Of a DNA stretch of 32,000 nucleotides, positions 14,665-23,859 are shown piece after piece. Numbering within the stretch: position 1 is the stretch's first letter; each line of letters starts with the position of its first letter. The stretch spans positions 1,950,001-1,982,000 of the forward strand of contig NC_015067.1 of NCBI RefSeq assembly GCF_000196555.1. The letters are read 5' to 3'. Under the pieces are notes generated by a model. It had not been told where the DNA came from, ran no database searches, and saw only the letters and a program-made list of their open reading frames with translations. This DNA is from Bifidobacterium longum subsp. longum JCM 1217. Its GTDB lineage: Bacteria > Actinomycetota > Actinomycetes > Actinomycetales > Bifidobacteriaceae. The position numbers and the translations under genes are program-made.

Positions 14665-17592
14665 CTACTTGCGCTCGACTTCCCGCATCTCGAAGGTCTC
14701 GATGATGTCGCCGAGTTCAATGTCGTTGAAGGTGCCGAGGTTGATACCAGCCTCGTAGCCTTCCTTGACGGACTGAACGTCGTCCTTGAAGCGACGCAGC
14801 GAGGAGATCTCGAGGTCGTTGACCGTGGCCACGCCGTTGCGCAGGATACGGCACTTCGTACCACGCTTGACCTCGCCGTCCTGCACCATAACGCCGGCGA
14901 TGTTGCCGAACTTGGAGGAGCGGAAGATCTCGCGGATCTCGGAGTGAGAGGTGACGACCTCTTCGTATTCCGGCTTGAGCATGCCCTTGAGGGATGCCTC
15001 GATGTCTTCGATCGCACGGTAGATGACCGAGTAGTACTTGATCTCCACGCCCTCGCGCTCGGCGAGGTCCGCGACCTGACGGTTCGGACGCACGTTGAAA
15101 CCGATGATAACGGCCTTGTCGACCGTGGCCAGGTTGACATCATTCTGGGTGATCGCACCGACGCCGCGGTGGATGACCTGGATGCCGACCTCGTCGGATA
15201 CCTCGATCTTCATCAAGGAATCCTCGAGCGCCTCGACAGAACCGGACGAATCGCCCTTGATGACAATATTGAGCATGTCGATCTCGGACTCGGCGAACTT
15301 CTTCTTGAAGTCCTCGAGGGAGACGACCTTGCGACGCTTGGCCAGCTGGGCGGCACGCTCGGTGGCCTGACGCTTCTCGGCAATCTGGCGAGCGGCACGA
15401 TCATCGGAGGCGACCAGGAAGAGGTCACCGGCGGTGGGCACGGAGGTCAAGCCCAGCACCTGAACAGGTGTGGACGGACCGGCCGCTTCCATCGGCTGAC
15501 CGTTCTCGTCGAGCATGGCACGCACGCGGCCGTACGAAGTGCCGGCCACGATGGCATCGCCCACGTGGAGCGTACCCTGCTGAACCAGCACAGTGGCCAC
15601 GGCACCACGACCCTTGTCGAGTCGGGCTTCGACGGTGGCACCACGGGCGTCCATGTCGGGGTTGGCGCGGAGGTCCAGCTCAGCGTCAGCCGTGAGCAGC
15701 ACGGCTTCGAGCAGCTTGTCGACGTGCAGGTTCTGCTTGGCGGAGATGTCGACGAACATGGTGTCGCCACCATACTCTTCAGGGACCAAGCCGAACTCGG
15801 TGAGCTGGCCGCGGACCTTCTCCGGGTTGGCACCGGGCACATCGATCTTGTTGACGGCCACGACGATCGGCACCTTGGCGGCCTGAGCGTGGTTGATGGC
15901 CTCAACGGTCTGGGGCATCACACCATCGTCGGCGGCGACCACGAGGATCGCGACGTCAGTGAGCTCGGCACCACGGGCACGCATGGCGGTGAACGCCTCG
16001 TGGCCAGGGGTATCGAGGAAGGTGATCTTGCGCGGTTCGCCTTCAAGGTTCACGGTGACCTGGTAGGCACCGATGCGCTGGGTAATGCCGCCGGCCTCAC
16101 GTGCGATGACGTTGGTCTTGCGGATGGTATCCAGCAGTCGTGTCTTACCGTGGTCGACGTGGCCCATGACGGTAACGACCGGCGGGCGAGGCTTGAGATC
16201 CTCGTCATCCTGCAGTTCTTCCTCGTCAAGGTTGATGTCGAACTGCTGGAGCAGTTCCTTGTCTTCCTCTTCTGCGGAGACGAGCTGGATGTTCCAGCCG
16301 ATCTCTTCGCCCAGAATCTGGAAGGTCTCCTCATCCAAGGACTGGGTGGCGGTAGCCATCTGACCCAGGTGGAAGAGCACGGTGACCAGCGCGGCCTGGT
16401 TGACGTTGATCTTCTCCGCAAGATCGGCCAGGGACGCGCCCTGACGCAGACGGATGGTCTGGCCGTTGCCGTTGGGGATGCGAACGCCGCCGATGGTCGG
16501 TGCTTTCAGCTCCTCATACTCATGGCGCTTTGCCAGACGGTTCTTACGGGCCTTTGAAGACTTGCCGCCCTGACGTCCGAATGCGCCTGCGGCACCGCCG
16601 CGACCGCCGCGACCGCCGCCACGTGCGGGACCGTTGCTCGGTGCACCGCCGCCCTGGAAGTTATTGCCGCCGCCTTGGCCCCCACGGAAGCCGCCGCGTG
16701 CGCCGCCCTGACCGGCACCCTGGGAGCCGCCGCCCTGACCCGGACGGTTGTGGCCCCACTGGCCGGGACGCGGACCGCCCTGACCACCTTGGCCCGGACG
16801 ACCGCCACGGAAGCCGCGGCCCTGCCCCTGGCCTTGGCCGGGACGGCCCGGACGACCGCCACGACCGTTATCAGCAGTCGGACGAGCCATCGGATGCGGA
16901 CGCGGAATATCACCCGGCGTCGGGGTGTGCATACCCTGCTTGCGGGAGAACGGGTTGTTGCCCGGGCGCGGGCCCTGAGCGTGCGGGCGCGGAATCGCAT
17001 TTGAAGCGGCATTGCCGCCATTGGCACCGGCGCCGCCCTGAGCGTGCGGGCGCGGAGCCGAAGCATTGCCGCGGTTGTTCTGATGCTGAACCGGCTGGCC
17101 ATTGTTCGGACGGCCCTGGTTGTTACGACGATCGTTGTTACGGCGATCGTTCGGGCGACTCTGACGACCGTTCTCACGGCCTTCGCGATTATCGCGACCA
17201 TTCTCACGGTTGTCGTTCTGACCGTGGCGGCCGGGGGTCGGCATGCCGGGGCGTGCGCCGCCCTGCGGACGCGGTGTCGGTGCACCCGGAGTCGGAGCCT
17301 GCTGATGTGCCGAGGCAGGCGATGCCTGACGTGCGGGAGCGGCCGGAGTCGGTGCGGAAGATGAAGTGGAAGCCGGGGCCGAAGGTGCGGCCGGGCGGCG
17401 CTGCTGCACGGGCTTGGAATCGCCCTTGGCGTTGTCCTTGGCGAACTCTGCCTTCAGACGCCGGGCTACCGGCGGTTCAATCGTAGAAGAAGCGGACTTG
17501 ACGAATTCTCCCATGTCCTTAAGCTTCTCAAGCACGGTTTTGCTATCGACATTCAAAACCTTAGCCAGTTCGTATACGCGTGGTTTCGCCAC
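14665..17592 (-). CDS. infB: Translation initiation factor IF-2
   Basis: GTP-binding domain [29 protein letters not shown]. The N-terminal region is long and Gly/Arg/Pro-rich. The GTG start is preceded by AGGAG. Confidence 0.97.
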
Positions 17593-17861
17593 TAATTACT
17601 CCTATTCTGTGACCACGCGCGTGCATGGGCGTGGTCAGTTGGTGATGACGGCAAGCCTACCCTGTCTCATCGTGCGACCATGATCGTGTTACCTCGTCTC
17701 TGGTGTGGGCGATTTCGCGCACACTGCGCCAGCCCACATACGCCAATCAAGCATACTCATAGCGCTGGATAGCGTAGACGCAGCGAGCCGCGCCATTGCT
17801 GACGCGGCTCGTATCAGGAAATAATGCGCCCTGAAGATCATTCGCCTTCGAGCCCGGCGGC

Positions 17862-18929
17862 CTATTCGGCTTCCGGAGCAGCAGCCTCGGCCGCAGCCTG
17901 GGCGGCCTTTTCGGCGGCGACTTTCTTGGCATGGGCCTCGGCGGATTCGATGCCGATCTTCCAGCCGGTCAGCTTGGCTGCCAGTCGTGCGTTCTGGCCT
18001 TCCTTGCCGATGGCCAAGGACAGCTGGTCGTCGTGGATGAAGGCGATGGCGGTCTTGTTCTTCTCGCTGATCACCTGCACGCCGGTGGCCACAGCCGGGG
18101 ACAGCGCGGCTGCCACGAACTTGGCCGGATCGTCGGAGTAGTCGACGATGTCGATCTTCTCCGGGCCAAGGTTCTCCATAACGGCACGCACGCGAGCGCC
18201 GCCGGGGCCGATCAGCGCGCCCTTCGGGTTCACGCCATCGGTGTTGGCCTTGACCGCGATCTTGGTGCGGGCGCCGGCCTCACGAGCGATGGCCATGATG
18301 GACACGGCACCGGAGACCAGTTCCGGCACTTCGCGCTCGAACAGCTTGCGGACCAGCTCCGGGTGGGAGCGGGACACCACGATTTCCGGGCCCTTGATGC
18401 CACGGGCCACGTTCACCACGTACACGCGGATGCGTTCGCCGTGGCGGTAACGTTCGCCGGGCACCTGCTCACGGCGAGGCAGAATGGCTTCGACATCGCC
18501 CATCGCGACATGCACGTTGGAGGGGTCGGAAGCATCCTGCTGGATGATGCCGGTGATGAGCTTGCCCTTCTGGCCGGAGAACGCACCGAATACCTTCTCA
18601 TCTTCGGCGCGGCGGAACAGCTGGGTGATGACCTGGCGTGCGGTGGCTGCGGCGAGACGGCCGAAGTCACGCGGGGTGTCATCGTATTCCTCGCCCAGCT
18701 TGGGAACGGGGTAAGGGTTGTCTTCGGTGGGTTCGACCGGAATTTCGTCGGCGGCCCACACGGTGAAGTTGCCGGAACGTTCGTCAAGCTCCACGCGCGC
18801 GTGCTTGGCGGCGTGCGGGGTCTTGAGGTAGGCGAGGCGCAGGGCCTCTGCCAGCGCATCATCCAGGGTTTCGGGGTCGATTCCTTGCTCGGCGGCGAGC
18901 TTGTGTATTCCTGTCAGGTCCAGTTCCAT
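17862..18929 (-). CDS. nusA: Transcription termination/antitermination factor NusA
   Basis: S1 and tandem KH domains are recognisable (GERYRHGERIRVYV, VSRSHPELVRKLFEREVPE, LIGPGGARV, AIGKEGQNARLAAKLTGWKI). AGGAGG RBS upstream. Confidence 0.97.
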   Translation of the reverse strand: MELDLTGIHKLAAEQGIDPETLDDALAEALRLAYLKTPHAAKHARVELDERSGNFTVWAADEIPVEPTEDNPYPVPKLGEEYDDTPRDFGRLAAATARQVITQLFRRAEDEKVFGAFSGQKGKLITGIIQQDASDPSNVHVAMGDVEAILPRREQVPGERYRHGERIRVYVVNVARGIKGPEIVVSRSHPELVRKLFEREVPELVSGAVSIMAIAREAGARTKIAVKANTDGVNPKGALIGPGGARVRAVMENLGPEKIDIVDYSDDPAKFVAAALSPAVATGVQVISEKNKTAIAFIHDDQLSLAIGKEGQNARLAAKLTGWKIGIESAEAHAKKVAAEKAAQAAAEAAAPEAE

Positions 18930-18992
18930 CGATCCGTACCTCCTATGAAGTTATGTGGCGCATGGCCTATGAGTAGTCACAGTTAGCTATTA

Positions 18993-19865
18993 GTGTATGT
19001 TTCCATGCAGACACGCTTCTCTTCAGGACGGTTTACCCGGCGCTTGGCATCCGTACTATGCGCGAGCGCGATGCTGTGTTCGCTTTCGGCGTGTTCGATG
19101 CCGCGACTGGCCGGACGGGCCGAGGCGGAAGCTCAAATGACCCCTTGCGAGAAAGCGATGACGTTGGCGAACTACGCCACCCATCCGGCTGAAGGCACAC
19201 CGTTATTAGAGCAGTATGCCACCGGTCTGGCCGCCCCCCTGGCTTGGATTGACGTTGCCGGGTATTGTTCGGGTCGTTTTGCCGAGGGAACGTTACGTGA
19301 CGCGCAGACCAAGCAATGGATGGCTTTTCTGGCCGATAAATTCGGGCAGTCCGCGCCTGAGGTGACGCCGGCGCGTCTTGATGGCGTCACGTCCGCCAAC
19401 GTTGACCGATCGGTATTGGATGCGATGGCCGTGGCCGAGGATCGCGCCGGATTCGCTATCGAGGTCTTGGCCGCACGAGGACAGACCGCTGGGGCTACGT
19501 TGGCGTTGAGTGATATGCATAAGACCGCCGGGCAGCAGTTGGTTGCGCTGGCGAACGGCAATTTTGATGATTCCGGCGCACAATCCAGTTCTTCCGGCCA
19601 AAGCGACCCCCGCCAAAAGGTCTATGCCATCGACCAACTACTGGCCAACCCCACCACCATCGCCGACAAGGCAAGTGGCCAAACCGTACCGACCGCCGCC
19701 GCCATCGAAATGGACTGCGCCCGCGCGCAGATCAAGGCCGTGACCGAATCGAAATCTTCCACCGAGAGCGATATGCTGCTCATCCTCGCCGCACTGGCCG
19801 CCAAGCACGCCTACACCGCGTTCCAACTTGGCTACCCAGCGACTGACGCCGAATTGTTCGAGTAG
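18993..19865 (+). CDS. Hypothetical lipoprotein
   Basis: Signal peptide with lipobox LSAC|S (LCASAMLCSLSACSMP). Third codon positions are GC-rich. The start is ambiguous (GTG 18993 or ATG 19005). The family is not recognised with confidence. Confidence 0.65.
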   Translation: MYVSMQTRFSSGRFTRRLASVLCASAMLCSLSACSMPRLAGRAEAEAQMTPCEKAMTLANYATHPAEGTPLLEQYATGLAAPLAWIDVAGYCSGRFAEGTLRDAQTKQWMAFLADKFGQSAPEVTPARLDGVTSANVDRSVLDAMAVAEDRAGFAIEVLAARGQTAGATLALSDMHKTAGQQLVALANGNFDDSGAQSSSSGQSDPRQKVYAIDQLLANPTTIADKASGQTVPTAAAIEMDCARAQIKAVTESKSSTESDMLLILAALAAKHAYTAFQLGYPATDAELFE

Positions 19866-19905
19866 ACACACACTCCTCACGAAGCCGATGCGAACTTGTT
19901 GGATG

Positions 19906-20949
19906 CTAGTGGGCAAGTCGAGTTGAGGCACGTTCCACCAATGTGAAATCGGTGGTGTACGTACGGGCCGGGCCTGAGTATCCTTCGATGCGGTCGATAA
20001 GCATGTCAACGGCATGCTTGGCATAATCATCGATATGAGGATCGATGGTGGTCAGCGCCGGCACCGAGTACTCGGCTTCCGGCACGTTATCGAAGCCGAC
20101 CACTTGTACATCGTCAGGTACATGCAAACCACATCGTTGCAATTCATGAATTGCGCCTAAAGCAATGGCATCATTGAGACACACTACAACATCCGGGCAT
20201 GGGAGCTTGTCTAGCATAGCTTTTGTCACGCGCATACCTTCACGCTGATTCATGCTTTCTGCCGGAATCACATACCGCCAATTTACCGATAATCCGCGCT
20301 CTTCAAATGCCTTCACATATCCTTGGGCGCGTAACGCCTGGGTCCCTTCCGTCTGACGACGCAGCACTGCCTCATCCACCAGTTCAGGAAGAACACCCAT
20401 CAGAGCAACCGTTTGGGCACCTTCATCCAAAAATCTTCCTACAACCGTGGAGATGGATTCAATGTTGGGCATGGTGATCCAATCGCTTTTCCCGTAGGCC
20501 AGATGGTCTCCGGTCGTTACAATCGGATATGGCTGCTCCAGAACGGCCCCTTCATCCGCGAGCGGCGACATTACGAACAGAATCCATCCTTCCGTCCCTA
20601 AACGATAGAACTCGTCAACGCTGGCAACCAACCCTTCACCGTCGGAACCATATGTGTTGATGACTACACCGTAATGGCGTTCTTTTGCGTATTCAATGAC
20701 CTTGTCAGTGAAAAAAGGAACGAACGGCTGCGAGAAATCGAAGATGTTGAGTCCAATAAGCTTTGTGCCGCCAGATCGCATTGCACGCGCCGAAATATTG
20801 ACGGTATATCCAAGCTTACGCATCACCTCTTCCACACGGCGACGTGTATCCGGTCTCATACTGCCAGTGTCATTCAGCACATTGGAAACCGTCTTGATGG
20901 AGACGTTCGCCTCACGCGCCACGTCCTTGATAGTTACGCGGTTTCCCAT
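19906..20949 (-). CDS. LacI family transcriptional regulator
   Basis: N-terminal HTH VTIKDVAREANVSIKTVSNVLN followed by a periplasmic-binding-protein-like sugar-binding domain. ATG 20949 gives a canonical N-terminus; ATG 20982 is an alternative. Confidence 0.9.
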   Translation of the reverse strand: MGNRVTIKDVAREANVSIKTVSNVLNDTGSMRPDTRRRVEEVMRKLGYTVNISARAMRSGGTKLIGLNIFDFSQPFVPFFTDKVIEYAKERHYGVVINTYGSDGEGLVASVDEFYRLGTEGWILFVMSPLADEGAVLEQPYPIVTTGDHLAYGKSDWITMPNIESISTVVGRFLDEGAQTVALMGVLPELVDEAVLRRQTEGTQALRAQGYVKAFEERGLSVNWRYVIPAESMNQREGMRVTKAMLDKLPCPDVVVCLNDAIALGAIHELQRCGLHVPDDVQVVGFDNVPEAEYSVPALTTIDPHIDDYAKHAVDMLIDRIEGYSGPARTYTTDFTLVERASTRLAH

Positions 20950-21481
20950 TGTTCGAATCCATTTCTGCTTATTACATGACACACCTTCAACAGCGTCATT
21001 ATGTTCTTATTATGGTAAGTCACAGTCGGGTCGAGCATCTCCTCCTCATATCGGAATCATCTACCCCTCAACCTCAGAATTCAGCCAAGGAGCTTTCCTC
21101 CGTTGGACCCCATGCACCATTAGGCAAATATCCTTCTGACAATACTGCAGGACGATCGAACGTAGAGGTTAAACTTTCTGGTTGAAGAAACGCACGCACG
21201 CCATCCGAACAAGGGACTTTCTGACCGCCGGCTTTCAACCTAGCTTTTTACATACCCGTCTTTTCTCCTTATTCCTTTGTTGGGTATCGAATTGTTCCAG
21301 TCGATGTGAATGACGGCATTGTCTTCCTTTGACTGGTATGCCACATTACATTAGTGGCGAATCCGAACCTCTCTTTCTGCAATCCGGGCATGTTGATGAT
21401 TGTTTGGGTATTGCTTGGTGGTTGTACAGGGCACAGCAACCATAAGAGACTGCGCCCTGTCATGCGCCACCGTCACTCGAA

Positions 21482-23050
21482 TCACTTCACGTGCACGGCG
21501 GTCCAGGAGACCGGCGGCAAGGTCACACGCACAGTGCCGGTATCGGCGTCGGACGTGATGGTGGTGTTGGGGTGCAGAACGACTCGGTTCTGGTCTTCCA
21601 GCGTGTTTTTTGCCAGCAGATCATCCTCGTGCAGGGTTTGCGCCTCGACCGCGGAAAGTGCGAATCCTTCCGGCAGCTTGATGGCAAAGTCATTGGCCGC
21701 TTCCATGGAGCGATTGACCACAAACACGCTGATCGTACCGTCCTCACCACGCACGGCTACGGAATTGATCGTCGGCACTTCACCGTATTTGTCGGTTTCA
21801 TACGTTCCGGAAGCCAGTTTCGGTTCAAGCACCGTGCCGCCCTTGGCGAGCTTTGCGGTCAGCGAGAACGGATAGAACGTGGTCTGACGCCACGCCGGGC
21901 CGCCCGGTTCGGTCATAATCGGCGCAATTACGTTGACCAACTGGGCCAGGCTGGCGGCGTGCACGCGGTCGGCGTTCTTGAGCAGGGTAATCATCAAATC
22001 ACCGAACACCACGGCGTCGGCGGCGCTGTACACATCCTCGAGCAGGCGCGGGGCAACCGGCCAATTGCCGATGCCTTCCGGATTCTTGCTCGGCTCTTCG
22101 TTGAGATACCAGACATTCCATTCATCGAACGAGATGAACACGTCGTGCTTGCTCTTCAGCCGGGCCTTGGTTGCATCGATGGCGGCGGCGACATCGTTGA
22201 TGAAACCGTCCATATCGACGCCCGAGGCAAGGAAGCTCTTCATGTCACGGGTGCCATCAGGCTGAAGTTCCGGATGGTAGTACGCATGGCAGGAGACGAA
22301 GTTGACGTTGTCAAACGTCTTCTCAAGTACGGTTTCTTCCCACTTGCCGAAGGTGTCCATCACGTGGCTGGATGAACCACAGACCACCAGTTCAACGTTC
22401 GGATCGATGGCGCGCATACCTGCCGCCACCGAGGCCGCCAAGGTGCCGTAATCCTCGGCGGACTTGTGACCGGTCTGCCACGGGCCATCCATCTCATTGC
22501 CCAAGCACCACATCTTGATGCCGAACGGCTGATCGGCACCATTGGCGCGACGCTCCTCGGAGAGCTTGGTGCCGCCGGGAATATTCGCGTATTCCAACAG
22601 GTCGAGGGCCTCTTCAAGACCACGGGTACCCAGATTTACGGCTTCCATCAGCTCGTTGCCGCCGGTTTTTTCCAGCCATTTCGCCATTTCGTGCAGACCA
22701 AACTGATTGGTCTCGGTGGAATGCCATGCCAAGTCCAGGCGACGCGGCCGCTCATCACGAGGACCAACGCCATCCTCCCAGCGATAGCCGGAAACGAAAT
22801 TGCCGCCAGGATAGCGAATCGTGGTAGCGCCGAGTTCCTTGACCAGTTCGATGACGTCCTTGCGGAAACCGTCTTCATCGGCTTCGGGGTGGCCCGGCTC
22901 ATAGATGCCGTCGTATACGCAGCGACCCAGATGCTCCACGAACGACCCGAACAGTCTGTCGTTGACCGGAGCTACTTCAAAGTCATTATCGACGACGAGT
23001 CGAGATTCCTCCAGCTCCCCCGGTTTATTGTCGTGCGAATGCTCGGACAT
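21482..23050 (-). CDS. abfA: Alpha-L-arabinofuranosidase, glycoside hydrolase family 51
   Basis: RYPGGNFVSGYRWEDGVGP and CLGNEMDGPWQ (acid/base Glu) motifs. ATG 23050 is preceded by AAGGAG. The ORF-track start at 23284 adds 78 unlikely residues. Confidence 0.92.
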   Translation of the reverse strand: MSEHSHDNKPGELEESRLVVDNDFEVAPVNDRLFGSFVEHLGRCVYDGIYEPGHPEADEDGFRKDVIELVKELGATTIRYPGGNFVSGYRWEDGVGPRDERPRRLDLAWHSTETNQFGLHEMAKWLEKTGGNELMEAVNLGTRGLEEALDLLEYANIPGGTKLSEERRANGADQPFGIKMWCLGNEMDGPWQTGHKSAEDYGTLAASVAAGMRAIDPNVELVVCGSSSHVMDTFGKWEETVLEKTFDNVNFVSCHAYYHPELQPDGTRDMKSFLASGVDMDGFINDVAAAIDATKARLKSKHDVFISFDEWNVWYLNEEPSKNPEGIGNWPVAPRLLEDVYSAADAVVFGDLMITLLKNADRVHAASLAQLVNVIAPIMTEPGGPAWRQTTFYPFSLTAKLAKGGTVLEPKLASGTYETDKYGEVPTINSVAVRGEDGTISVFVVNRSMEAANDFAIKLPEGFALSAVEAQTLHEDDLLAKNTLEDQNRVVLHPNTTITSDADTGTVRVTLPPVSWTAVHVK

Positions 23051-23084
23051 GTGCTCTCCTTTAATCGTTGTCTTCAATACCGCA

Positions 23085-23099
23085 AGACAACGTTGTGCT
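23085..23099. promoter_or_regulatory. Candidate LacI-type operator upstream of abfA
   Basis: Perfect 10-bp palindrome ACAACGTTGT at 23087-23096 with a central CG, 37 nt upstream of the abfA ATG. A one-mismatch copy ACAACGTTAT lies at 23256-23265. Confidence 0.4.
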
Positions 23100-23334
23100 A
23101 AATACCAAAAGCAATCGGCCCATCTTCTTGGTTCACCTGTTTTGCGGCATCGCCAATCAGCGGTGAATGTGCGTTCTGGATATTTAATACAACCTTGTAC
23201 TTCTGTTGATATCGATAATACGATGGTTGTACTTAGTACGCAAGTCCCGCTGAGTACAACGTTATCCTTTTCGCTATTTTCCACCCGACACGCCGTATAC
23301 GATACAGCACAGGAGCGAATACGGACGTTCGTAT

Positions 23335-23371
23335 CAAAAACAAAAAGGGTTCCGGGACAAACCCGGAACCC
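23335..23371 (-). terminator. Rho-independent terminator of tRNA-Ser
   Basis: 10-bp stem GGGTTCCGGG / CCCGGAACCC. On the minus strand it is followed by TTTTTGTTTTTG. Confidence 0.75.
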
Positions 23372-23377
23372 TAAAGG

Positions 23378-23462
23378 CGGATAAGGCGAGATTCGAACTC
23401 GCGGAGGCTTTCACCTCACACGCTTTCGAGGCGTGCTCCTTAGACCGCTCGGACACTTATCC
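23378..23462 (-). tRNA. tRNA-Ser (anticodon CGA)
   Basis: Manual cloverleaf: acceptor GGATAAG/CTTATCC, anticodon stem CACGC/GCGTG with loop CTCGAAA, long variable arm GAGG-TGAAAG-CCTC, T arm GCGAG-TTCGAAT-CTCGC, discriminator G. CCA is not encoded. Confidence 0.95.
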
Positions 23463-23602
23463 ATGCTGCCAAAATGGCAACTTGTTCATTATGCCACATT
23501 CTGCCGACCTGGCAAATCGGAGTTTCGCTGAGCTCGATTCGGCGTGGGATAATGCGATTTTGTGTGAGATTGCAATGGGTCAGACGATGAGCCGATTAAC
23601 AG

Positions 23603-23671
23603 TCCGAATTGATCAACTACCAAAATCCGAATGTTGCAACGACGAAAATCCGAATATTGGTGGTGGTAGAA
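23603..23671. repeat. Three degenerate 23-bp direct repeats (iteron-like)
   Basis: The units start at 23603, 23626 and 23649: TCCGAATTGATCAACTACCAAAA / TCCGAATGTTGCAACGACGAAAA / TCCGAATATTGGTGGTGGTAGAA. Confidence 0.6.
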
Positions 23672-23701
23672 GCGGTGACGGGGCCACTCTGCATTGAGTG
23701 G

Positions 23702-23849
23702 TCTCTCCCTCGGTCAGCCTTACGGCTGACAGCTCGAACGCAATTAAGGACAGCTTTCCAGCTGCCATTTTATTTGCTCACTGTCGTTCGCCTTCGCCTA
23801 AAAACGCCTCCGGCGTTTTCTTCACGGCTCAGCTCATCAGAGGGGGCTT
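23702..23849. repeat. Half copy of the 14535-14658 palindromic element, interrupted by ~94 bp
   Basis: TCTCTCCCTCGGTCAGCCTTACGGCTGACAGCTC ... CAGCTCATCAGAGGGGGCTT aligns with the right arm of the infB-rbfA element (TCTCTCCCCCAGTCAGTCTGCGGCTGACAGCCCCCTCGTCAGAGGGGGCTT). CAGCTC occurs at both junctions (23730-23735 and 23830-23835). Confidence 0.6.
23796..23820 (-). terminator. Candidate terminator of the transglutaminase / ATP-grasp operon
   Basis: AAAACGCC-TCC-GGCGTTTT hairpin. On the minus strand it reads GAAAACGCCGGAGGCGTTTTTAGG, about 45 nt after the stop at 23860. Confidence 0.5.
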
Positions 23850-23859
23850 GGAATTTTAT

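Noticed and set aside
14944-16557. 537-aa ORF antisense to infB
   Set aside because: Same artefact class. The codon bias of the real gene suppresses stops in the antisense frame, and the translation is low complexity (D/G/L/V-rich).
16560-17400. Repetitive GC-rich DNA in the 5' third of infB, considered as an independent repeat element
   Set aside because: It encodes the Gly/Arg/Pro/Gln-rich N-terminal region typical of actinobacterial IF-2. The periodicity is coding low complexity, not a separate element.
17747-17932. 61-aa minus-strand ORF in the nusA-infB gap, considered as a possible ylxR
   Set aside because: Its 5' part overlaps the nusA 3' end in another frame. The sequence is Pro/Arg-rich and lacks the conserved YlxR Cys-containing motif.
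17931-18986. 351-aa ORF antisense to nusA. The same reasoning covers 8140..8934 (antisense to rpiA), 21491..22375 (antisense to abfA), 5869..6603, 11708..12415, 13737..14405 and 23698..24360.
   Set aside because: All are shadow ORFs opposite confidently identified genes, with low-complexity translations.
20951-20962. The T-loop-like string GTTCGAATCC just upstream of the LacI start, considered as a tRNA fragment or att-site repeat of the nearby tRNA-Ser
   Set aside because: Only ~10 nt match. The orientation is opposite to the tRNA gene. There is no extended identity to the tRNA 3' half, so it does not support an integrated-island boundary.
23482-23697. 71-aa plus-strand ORF between tRNA-Ser and the transglutaminase gene
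   Set aside because: It has mixed codon bias and no RBS. It runs through the 23-bp repeats and the tRNA promoter region, with no recognisable family.
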